Of a DNA stretch of 64,000 bases, positions 56,454 to 64,000 are shown piece after piece. The translations under genes and the position numbers were made by a program. Every line of letters begins with the position of its first letter. Within the stretch, counting starts at the first letter, position 1. The notes beneath the pieces are model-generated. The model searched no databases, was not told where the DNA came from, and saw only the letters and a program-made list of their open reading frames with translations. The DNA comes from Candidatus Micrarchaeia archaeon (lineage in GTDB: Archaea; Micrarchaeota; Micrarchaeia; Burarchaeales; Fermentimicrarchaeaceae), in assembly GCA_038871515.1 (NCBI GenBank), contig JAVZHX010000003.1, positions 47,860 through 111,859 of the forward strand, written 5' to 3'.

Positions 56454-56747
56454 ATGAAAATTTCAGAGCTTAAGCCAGGAGTTGGGAATGTCACAATTGA
56501 GCTTGCGGAGGTTACTGCAATTGAGGAGCCAAGAGATGTGCTTACAAGGTTTGGAAGAAAAGCAAGGGTTGCAAATGCCACAATAAAGGATGAAAGCGGT
56601 GAGATAACTCTTTCTCTTTGGGGGGAAGATATAGATAGAATTGCAATTGGGGATAAAATAAAAATAGAGAATGGTTGGGTTTCTGAATTCAGAGGATCCC
56701 TTCAGATATCTGCTGGTAAATACGGGAAGATAGTGAAGGTTGAGTAA
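56454..56747 (+). CDS. Single OB-fold ssDNA-binding protein
   Basis: VANATIKDESGEI.LSLW, I.I.NGW...G.LQ...GKYG. Confidence 0.88.
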   Translation: MKISELKPGVGNVTIELAEVTAIEEPRDVLTRFGRKARVANATIKDESGEITLSLWGEDIDRIAIGDKIKIENGWVSEFRGSLQISAGKYGKIVKVE

Positions 56748-56791
56748 AAGGATTAAATACTATTTAACCAATCTATTTAACGGTAGATTGG

Positions 56792-58573
56792 ATGGCGAAG
56801 AGGAAGCTTTTTTCACCTGAGCTGCTGGCAGCTTACGCAGTTGTCATCTGGTTTATTCTGATTATAATCGCAGTGCTGTATTACTTCGGTGTGTTTGAAA
56901 TCGTCAATCCGGCATACCTGCCCTGCGTCCCTGAAACAGAGGGATGGAATATAAATTACAAAACAGTCTGCGAGAACATGACAATTGTTATGAACGGCAA
57001 TCTGATTGTTAGAAGAGGTGGCTCGTTAACTCTGAGGAATGTTACGCTTATAATGAATGGAAGCAAGGATGGGGAGCTGAGCATTGAGGTGCAGCCAGAA
57101 GCTGAGATGAGGGTGCTTGATTTGGATGGAAGATATGAAACAGCTGTGGATAGGAGTGTTATAAAGAACGGCGATAACTCCTCAGCAAACTTCATATTCT
57201 TCATCTATAGAGATGCGAAGTTTGAGATGAAGAACTCTGAGCTTTCGCATGCTGGTTCAAGAGTATATGAAACCACGAAGGGGTTGCATGTTGGAGCGGA
57301 TAACGCAAATATCTCTGGCAATATAATAACTGATTGCCTCTACGGATTGATTGTAAACGGCAGGGGAGTCATTGTTGTGAATAACACAATTTCAAATAAT
57401 GTTTATGGAATCTACGCTGGGGAGCTTGCATCCGACAGCAGAATACAGAGGAATGCAATTATGAATAACTACATTGGTATTTACCTTGGAGCCGGCTCTG
57501 TAAGAATGGAGGTTTCAAAGAATACAATTGCGCATAACCAGGGAAGCGGAGTGGTTCTGTATAAATCATCAAACAACTCAATAGTGGAGAATTTGAACTT
57601 CAAAAATGAGAGGGGGGTTTATGGGAATTATTCAAATTTCAATACTATACAGCTGAACAGCTTCAGCGAGAATAATGAGGGAGTTGTGCTTTATAACTGC
57701 AATAATAGTGCTGTGAGAAGTAACAACATAACCCGGCAGTCAACATACTGCGTATCACTTACATCCTCAAATAATAACACAATAGACTCAAACAATTTGG
57801 ATAACTGCTTCAACGGAATATTCCTTCAAACTTCAAATTCAAACAGAGTTGCGAGCAATAAACTGGAAGATGTGAAGAATGGAATTAACGTGATGAATTC
57901 AAACGAGAATGAAGTTGCTCAGAACACTGTGAGGAACTGTCTGCAGAGCATTCTCCTGCAGAACTCGGAGAGCAATAGAATTTATAGAAACACCCTTGTT
58001 GGCAACAGCAATGGAATAGCTTTGATGAATTCAACTTCAAACAATATAGACTCAAACTCTGTTTCAAAAAGCAGCTACGGGGTTTGGCTTTACTCCTCCC
58101 ATTTAAATTTCATTTCAAAGAATCAGCTCAGCGAGAACGCTCAGGGGGTTTGGCTTCACTTCTCATACAGAAACAACGTAAGCGAGAATACGGCGGACAG
58201 AAACAACGTTGGGTTTGTGGTGAGCTCATGCGTGAATAACTTAGTTTCATCCAACACTGTTCAGAACAGCACCCAGTACGGGTTGGATGCTTACAACTCA
58301 TCCTCAAACAAACTTTACAGTAATAAAATTATGAACAGCAACGTTGGTGTGCGGGCAAGCCTCAGTAATGCAAATGAGTTTGAGAAGAATATAATTGAGG
58401 GAAGCAGAGTTGATGGAATTGACTTTGAATCATCTTCTGATATTTTGAGGGATAACACAATACGCGGAAATTCTCAGTATGGTGTTTACTGCTACAACTC
58501 CAAAGTTGTCTTTCTAGGTAATCTTATTTCAGGGAATGGAAACAACTGCGACGGGTGCGCTGGTTGCGGTTAG
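56792..58573 (+). CDS. Membrane-anchored right-handed beta-helix (NosD/CASH) protein
   Basis: Many GI.L..S..N.I..N repeats; pilin-like N-terminal helix. Confidence 0.85.
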   Translation: MAKRKLFSPELLAAYAVVIWFILIIIAVLYYFGVFEIVNPAYLPCVPETEGWNINYKTVCENMTIVMNGNLIVRRGGSLTLRNVTLIMNGSKDGELSIEVQPEAEMRVLDLDGRYETAVDRSVIKNGDNSSANFIFFIYRDAKFEMKNSELSHAGSRVYETTKGLHVGADNANISGNIITDCLYGLIVNGRGVIVVNNTISNNVYGIYAGELASDSRIQRNAIMNNYIGIYLGAGSVRMEVSKNTIAHNQGSGVVLYKSSNNSIVENLNFKNERGVYGNYSNFNTIQLNSFSENNEGVVLYNCNNSAVRSNNITRQSTYCVSLTSSNNNTIDSNNLDNCFNGIFLQTSNSNRVASNKLEDVKNGINVMNSNENEVAQNTVRNCLQSILLQNSESNRIYRNTLVGNSNGIALMNSTSNNIDSNSVSKSSYGVWLYSSHLNFISKNQLSENAQGVWLHFSYRNNVSENTADRNNVGFVVSSCVNNLVSSNTVQNSTQYGLDAYNSSSNKLYSNKIMNSNVGVRASLSNANEFEKNIIEGSRVDGIDFESSSDILRDNTIRGNSQYGVYCYNSKVVFLGNLISGNGNNCDGCAGCG

Positions 58574-59095
58574 CTACCAAGGAACTTTTTTCAAGCCAAG
58601 TTTGTTTGCAATAATGTTGGTAAGCACATGCAGAAAGTATGTAAGAATGACAAGAAATACGATGGCTTCAACCGTTATAAAACCATCTGGTAGAATTGGT
58701 AAGGAGAGCAGCAGAGCGAAGAGGAGGAAGGTGAGCTGATCCAGTATTAAAGAAGGTTGTCCCCTCCTGATTCTCATCCTTCTTTTTATAAAACTCCCAA
58801 CAATGTCTCCCAGCATTGCTCCCAATGAAAGAGTGAACCCAAGTGGAAGGAAGTTCAGGCAGAGATTTGATGATAGAACGGAGTGGGAGCAGAGCAGTTG
58901 TTCAAGTATGCCTGTGATGCTGCCGAATGATAAACCTGCAAGAAGCCCTCTCCACGTCTTGCCGTCCCCCAGTATTCTCTCACCGTCAATGAACTTCTTC
59001 CCGAAGTCAACTGGCAAACCACCTCCAAAAAGAACTGGTGCTGCATTTGCAACGTATGCTGGAAGAATGAAAAGTAAAAGTTGAAGGAACTCCAT
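58574..59095 (-). CDS. carS: CDP-archaeol synthase
   Basis: PAYVAN, P.D.G...DG.RILGDGKTWRG, GD..GSFIKRR, LDQL, LKKVPW. Confidence 0.95.
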   Translation of the reverse strand: MEFLQLLLFILPAYVANAAPVLFGGGLPVDFGKKFIDGERILGDGKTWRGLLAGLSFGSITGILEQLLCSHSVLSSNLCLNFLPLGFTLSLGAMLGDIVGSFIKRRMRIRRGQPSLILDQLTFLLFALLLSLPILPDGFITVEAIVFLVILTYFLHVLTNIIANKLGLKKVPW

Positions 59096-59139
59096 CTGCA
59101 CCACAATGTTTATAAGTTGAGAAAAATATTTATTTGAGT

Positions 59140-60063
59140 ATGAAAGCAAATGAGGTTTTGCTGATTGTGCTTCTCATTGTCGTTCTGGGCATGATGCTGC
59201 TTGCAACAGCGCTTGCAGTTTACGCAATATACGTATTAAGCTATCCTCAGGAGTGCGTTGGCTTGATTGAGATTGATGGAGTGATAAGCACCGAAACTTC
59301 TAGCGGAGGGCTTTTTGGCACTCCAACGATTGGCTCAAGAGACGTTGTGAAGCAAATACAGGAAGCGGAAAGCAGAAGCGAGATAAAGGCAGTTGTCTTT
59401 GAGGTTAACTCGCCTGGCGGTTCAGTTGTTGCAAGCAAAGAGATATACGAAGCTGTGAGAGACTTGAAAAAGCCGAAGGTTGCTTACTTCAGGGAAGTTG
59501 CTGCCTCTGGCGCATATTACATTTCGGCTGGAACGAACTATATAATCAGCGAGCCAGATGCTTTAACTGGCAACATAGGAGTTGTTGCCACATTTGAGGA
59601 TATGAGTGGTTTGTTTGAGAAGCTTGGGATAAACTACACAATATTCAAGTCAGGTGAGCTCAAGGATATGGGAAGTTCATACAGAGCTGCCACAGAGAAG
59701 GAAAAGCAGATAATGGAGCAGATAATCAACGAGATTTTTGATGAGTTTAAGAAAGTGGTAATTGAGGGAAGAGGAAGCAGACTGAACATACAAAAATTTG
59801 AGGAAATTCTTGACGGCAGAATACTCACCGGAAGACAGGCTTTATCTGTTGGATTGGTTGATGAAATTGGAAATGAAAATGAAGCTTTGAAGCTTGCTGC
59901 AAGGCTTGGGAGGATGACGCCAACAAACAAACCACGCGTGTGCAGGCTCAGCAGAAGAAGTCCAGTTGAGGAGATTTTTGGAGAGATGTTTGAGGGAGTT
60001 ATCTATTTTGTGAGAAGCGTTATTAACACAAACTACGCTGGAAGGTTTGTGGTGAATTACTGA
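59140..60063 (+). CDS. sppA: Signal peptide peptidase SppA (S49)
   Basis: NSPGGS, AASGAYYI, G.IGV, KSG..KD. Confidence 0.93.
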   Translation: MKANEVLLIVLLIVVLGMMLLATALAVYAIYVLSYPQECVGLIEIDGVISTETSSGGLFGTPTIGSRDVVKQIQEAESRSEIKAVVFEVNSPGGSVVASKEIYEAVRDLKKPKVAYFREVAASGAYYISAGTNYIISEPDALTGNIGVVATFEDMSGLFEKLGINYTIFKSGELKDMGSSYRAATEKEKQIMEQIINEIFDEFKKVVIEGRGSRLNIQKFEEILDGRILTGRQALSVGLVDEIGNENEALKLAARLGRMTPTNKPRVCRLSRRSPVEEIFGEMFEGVIYFVRSVINTNYAGRFVVNY

Positions 60064-61269
60064 TCACTCATACCTCAGCGCTTCTACAGGCACAAGCTCT
60101 GCTGCTCTTTTTGCTGGGAAGAAACCAGCAGCTACGCCAACAAACAAGGAGAAGAGAAGAGCAAAAACAGTTAATTCTGGAGTTATGTTTGTTGGAACTC
60201 CAAAGTAGTTCAGCACAATGGTTGCAAGGGCTGCAAGCACAAGCCCAAGCGCACCGCCAGCAAGCCCAATTATTCCAGCTTCAAGAAGGAAAATTTCAAT
60301 GATTGTTCTATCCGTTGCGCCTATTGCTTTCAGAATACCAATCTCCCTTGTTCTCTCCATAACTGCCATAAACATCGTGTTTGCAATCCCTATCCCGCCA
60401 ACGAGTATCGCAATGCCTGCTATACCTGAAAGAAAAACCTCCAGCGTGCCCGTTATCGTGTTCACCATTTCGGAAATTGACTCGGGTGTCATAACAGTGA
60501 AATCCTCTTCCCCCTCTGCAACGCGATGCAGCTGTCTTAATTTTATTTTTATCTGCTCCCCAACTTCCTCAGGGTCGTAACCCTCGGCAACTCTCACTGC
60601 AATCTCATCAACCTGATTTGGAAGCTTCTGCGCCCCAAGTATCTCCCTCGCATCCTCAATCGGCATGGCAACCATGCTGCTCATAGTTGCCCCAAACCCT
60701 CCCTTCCTCGCAAGTATTCCGATAACTCTGAAGTTTTTCCCTCCAATTGTGACAACTTGGTTAACCTCAACCTTTTTCTTGAAAAGGTTGTTTGCAACTC
60801 GGTAACCAAGAAGAACGACATGCCTTTCATTTTCTTTATATGGTCTTCCTTCCGCAACCTCAATTAGGGAGCTGAACTCAAAAATCTGCGGGTTCCAGCC
60901 TCCTCCGCTTACAAACGCACTTTCTCCCTTATACTCAATTGGCACTCTCATCAGCTGAAGCTCATACATAACGTCAACAACACCCGGGATGGATTTCAAA
61001 GCTTCCCCATCATTTGTGGTGAGCTTGCCGCCTGATGCAAGATACGAGCCCATTATGCTCTGCCTCATGCCCCCTGGCGTGATTGTAACCCAGTCAGCCC
61101 CCAGCATTCCAAGCTGCCCCATTATGAAGTCATTTATTCCCTGCGCAATTGATATGAGAACGACTATTGCAGCTATTCCTATCACAATTCCTAAAATAGT
61201 TAGATAGCTTCTCAGCTTCCTGTTCGCAAGATTTTTGATTGAGTAATTCAACAGATCCAGATGTTTCAT
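60064..61269 (-). CDS. MacB/FtsX-type ABC permease
   Basis: LT.LGI.IG, ERTREIGILKAIGA, P.EALRYE. Confidence 0.93.
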   Translation of the reverse strand: MKHLDLLNYSIKNLANRKLRSYLTILGIVIGIAAIVVLISIAQGINDFIMGQLGMLGADWVTITPGGMRQSIMGSYLASGGKLTTNDGEALKSIPGVVDVMYELQLMRVPIEYKGESAFVSGGGWNPQIFEFSSLIEVAEGRPYKENERHVVLLGYRVANNLFKKKVEVNQVVTIGGKNFRVIGILARKGGFGATMSSMVAMPIEDAREILGAQKLPNQVDEIAVRVAEGYDPEEVGEQIKIKLRQLHRVAEGEEDFTVMTPESISEMVNTITGTLEVFLSGIAGIAILVGGIGIANTMFMAVMERTREIGILKAIGATDRTIIEIFLLEAGIIGLAGGALGLVLAALATIVLNYFGVPTNITPELTVFALLFSLFVGVAAGFFPAKRAAELVPVEALRYE

Positions 61270-61273
61270 CTGC

Positions 61274-62785
61274 TTACCTTTTCTTTTTGAGGTATTTTTT
61301 GTATGCAAAGTATAGAACTGCCAGAACAGCCAATACAATTATTCCAAGCGCGAATGGGTTCATTCCAGCAGGCTTCTGGGTAAGCGCTGCTGTTTCAGGG
61401 GAAACTATTTCAAGCAACACCTCTTTTGTCTGGGTGTGCTCTGTGTTGTACGCATCCTTGAACCTCATCTGAACCTTAATTGGATAGCTGCCTGGCTTCA
61501 AACCTGGTTTTGAGTATATTTTGAATTGGGTGCTTGTGTAATCATCCACATCCAAACTTCCAATGTAGCTATGCGATGAATCCAGTATCTCAAAGTAATC
61601 GCTTGAAAGAGTTGCTTCAAGTGCTCTGATGTTTATATCACCGGTGTTTGAGAACTGCAGAGAAAGTGTGTAGAGGTTGCCTGAAGTGAGCGGTGAGGGG
61701 TTGGTGTTTGGAGTTATTGATACCTGAGGCACTCCGCCAACCTCAACGCCAACCTGCTTCTGAACAGGGGTTTGGCTCTCCCCATTCATATTCAGGTAGT
61801 TAACTGTTATTGTAATTGGGTAGTAACCAGCTGGCGCGCTTCCACTAACCCCAATCTCAAACTCAATCTGCTTTTCTGAGTGAGGTGGAAGAAGCTCAAA
61901 GTATTTCTCATATGAACCAATTGACGTGAAGTAGGTTGAGGTTGATGAAATGGAAACCTTTGCTGAGTACGCATTGCTGTTCCCAATATTCGTGAGATTC
62001 ACAAGGAACTTTGTTTTGCTTCCAGGAGGTATCACCCCTTTCTCAGCTGCAGCGTTTATCGCGAAGTCAACGTAGTTTTTCATAACATTCACTGGTGTTA
62101 TCAGAATTGTTACCTGCTGTGTTGCGCCCAGTGGGTCGTTGTATGTAGCGGTTAATGGAATTGACTGCAAACCAGGCTGAACAGATGTGCTTGCAACAAG
62201 CGACAGCTCTATGGGGATGCTTTCTCCTGCTCCCAAATCACCAATCGGCAGTTGGGAGATTCTGTCAAAGAAGAAGTAGCTTGAGTTAACGCTTAGAGTT
62301 ATCTTCTTCGCATCTCCCCCATCATTCCTCAGCTGCCCCTTCACAGTGAAGCTCTGCCCAGGCGCCACTTCTCCAATTGAGGAGAACTCAAGCTTGAAAA
62401 TTGGCGGGTTGGAAACGCTTATTGGAATTGAAAAAACCTTTGTTTTTGCCTCTGAGCCCTCTGTCCAGAAAGCATCCAACCTCAAGGTGTAAACACCAGG
62501 AGCAACGTTGTTTTTTATTGCGAACGGGATTGTGACAACCGTTGAACCAAGCGGGCCAATATCCCCAAGCTGCACCCTGTTTGAGGTGAAGGTGAACTGC
62601 TCCCCACCCTGGTATATCACAACTCCGTTAACTGTTGCTGAGGATGGGTTGTAAACTGTTATTGAAGCAGAGCCAGTAACCCCTGGCTTCAGAGTTGTTG
62701 GAAGAACCGAGTATGAGGTAATCTGAATATCTGCAAAAACGCACCCAACCACCAGCAGTGCAATAAACAAAAGTTTGTTTTTCAT
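61274..62785 (-). CDS. COG1361-type multi-Ig (CARDB-like) surface protein
   Basis: Signal peptide, repeated N.G..A..GxY domains, C-terminal TM helix. Confidence 0.82.
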   Translation of the reverse strand: MKNKLLFIALLVVGCVFADIQITSYSVLPTTLKPGVTGSASITVYNPSSATVNGVVIYQGGEQFTFTSNRVQLGDIGPLGSTVVTIPFAIKNNVAPGVYTLRLDAFWTEGSEAKTKVFSIPISVSNPPIFKLEFSSIGEVAPGQSFTVKGQLRNDGGDAKKITLSVNSSYFFFDRISQLPIGDLGAGESIPIELSLVASTSVQPGLQSIPLTATYNDPLGATQQVTILITPVNVMKNYVDFAINAAAEKGVIPPGSKTKFLVNLTNIGNSNAYSAKVSISSTSTYFTSIGSYEKYFELLPPHSEKQIEFEIGVSGSAPAGYYPITITVNYLNMNGESQTPVQKQVGVEVGGVPQVSITPNTNPSPLTSGNLYTLSLQFSNTGDINIRALEATLSSDYFEILDSSHSYIGSLDVDDYTSTQFKIYSKPGLKPGSYPIKVQMRFKDAYNTEHTQTKEVLLEIVSPETAALTQKPAGMNPFALGIIVLAVLAVLYFAYKKYLKKKR

Positions 62786-63465
62786 TTTACCACCTCTATT
62801 TTTTCAATAACTCCATCGCGTATGTAAGCAATTCTTCCCGCATGCTTTGCGATGTTAGCATCATGCGTCACAACAATTACCGTATAACCCTTCTTATTTA
62901 ACTTTGTGAGAAGCTTTATTATATCCTCACCTGATTTTGAATCCAAATTTCCAGTTGGCTCATCTGCAAAAACAATTTTGGGGTCGTTTGCAAGTGCTCT
63001 TGCGATTGCAACTCTTTGCCTCTCCCCTCCGCTCAGCTCGGATGGTTTGTGAGATGCTCTTTCACCCACGCCAACAAGCTCAAGCAGTTCAGTTGCTCTT
63101 TGAATTCTCTCCTCCTTTGGTAAACCATTAAATATCATGGGAAGCTCAACGTTTTCCAAAGCAGTTAAAGTTGGTATTAAGTAGAAAAACTGAAATACAA
63201 AACCAACTTTTTTGCTTCTTATCTCTGCAAGCTCATCATTGCTCATTGTTGAAGTGTCAACCCCGTCAATATACACTCTACCGCTCGTTGGTTTATCCAG
63301 GCAACCCATTATGTGAAGCAGGGTGCTCTTCCCACTTCCAGAAGGGCCCATTATTGAAAGAATCTCCCCTTTTTTTACCGAAAGATTCACTCCCTTTAAA
63401 ACTTCCAGCTCCACCTTTCCCATCAAGTATGTCTTCCTGAGCTTTTCAACTTTTATCACATCCAT
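62782..63465 (-). CDS. LolD-like ABC ATPase
   Basis: GPSGSGKST, LSGGERQR, ADEPTGNLD. Confidence 0.96.
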   Translation of the reverse strand: MDVIKVEKLRKTYLMGKVELEVLKGVNLSVKKGEILSIMGPSGSGKSTLLHIMGCLDKPTSGRVYIDGVDTSTMSNDELAEIRSKKVGFVFQFFYLIPTLTALENVELPMIFNGLPKEERIQRATELLELVGVGERASHKPSELSGGERQRVAIARALANDPKIVFADEPTGNLDSKSGEDIIKLLTKLNKKGYTVIVVTHDANIAKHAGRIAYIRDGVIEKIEVVK

Positions 63466-63469
63466 CCAA

Positions 63470-63946
63470 TCACTCCTCTATAACTCTCTCAAAAAAATCA
63501 CATATCTTTTTGAAAGACTCCTTCCTCTTTTTTTCAGGCAGTTTCAGGAATTTCTCTCTGAAACTTTCAAATTTTTTGAACTGCTCGGAGAGCTCCTTTA
63601 TTTCATCATCATCAAAGTTATACATCACTTTTGTTATCAGCGGAAGAAAAACTGTTGTTACATCTGCTCTGCGCATCACTCTTTTTCTGCCTTCAGAAAG
63701 GTGCTTTCTTCCCTTTTCAGTTATGGTGTATACTATCTCCCTTCTTCCCTCGCTGTCAGAAAGCTCTGCCTTTACAAGTTCCTCCTCCTCCATTTTTCTC
63801 AGAAGAGGGTAGATTGCTCCCGGGCTTGGCTTCCAGCTCCCCATTGTGAGATCCTCTATTCTCTCGCTTATCATCTTTCCTGAAACTGGCTTCTCCGCCT
63901 CGCAGAGGATGAAAAGCTTCAGCAAGCCCTTTGCAAAGATTTTCAT
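63470..63946 (-). CDS. PadR-family regulator
   Basis: WKPSPGAIYPLL..YTITEKG. Confidence 0.92.
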   Translation of the reverse strand: MKIFAKGLLKLFILCEAEKPVSGKMISERIEDLTMGSWKPSPGAIYPLLRKMEEEELVKAELSDSEGRREIVYTITEKGRKHLSEGRKRVMRRADVTTVFLPLITKVMYNFDDDEIKELSEQFKKFESFREKFLKLPEKKRKESFKKICDFFERVIEE

Positions 63947-64000
63947 ATTAGATTTGATATATGACTAAAAAGATTTATATAGATTTCGTTCTAAAAGCGG

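Noticed and set aside
63947..64000. AT-rich segment as a dif site or replication origin
   Set aside because: No convincing inverted arms or ORB repeats; best explained as the padR promoter, truncated by the window edge.

Overview
Archaeal chromosomal window. Evidence: ftsZ-secE-spt5-rpl11/rpl1-rpl10-rpl12, carS, trm1, deoxyhypusine synthase, AMP phosphorylase/R15P isomerase, TATA promoters and a BHB-intron tRNA. The S-layer and pilin motifs and the gene content suggest a DPANN, probably Micrarchaeota-like, organism (inference). Most of the window is housekeeping: hisS, trpS, CoA and NAD enzymes, ribosomal genes and an ABC exporter. A ~14 kb accessory/defence block (about 25.9-40.0 kb) ends at tRNA-Ala(CGC). 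It contains a GNAT, two AbiE-type toxin-antitoxin pairs and a CPBP protease, with a 16-bp palindrome (TGTAACCATGGTTACA) at each module junction. These are followed by a type I RM system with inserted cargo genes and a wHTH-fused HsdM. A second notable signal is a dispersed family of 41-57 aa microproteins. Two of them are only ~27% identical yet sit behind a 100% identical 50-bp inverted-repeat/TATA element 41.7 kb apart. No CRISPR array, rRNA, integrase, transposase or reverse transcriptase was seen. All calls come from reading motifs by eye; no searches were run. Several starts were moved from the ORF track to a likelier codon.
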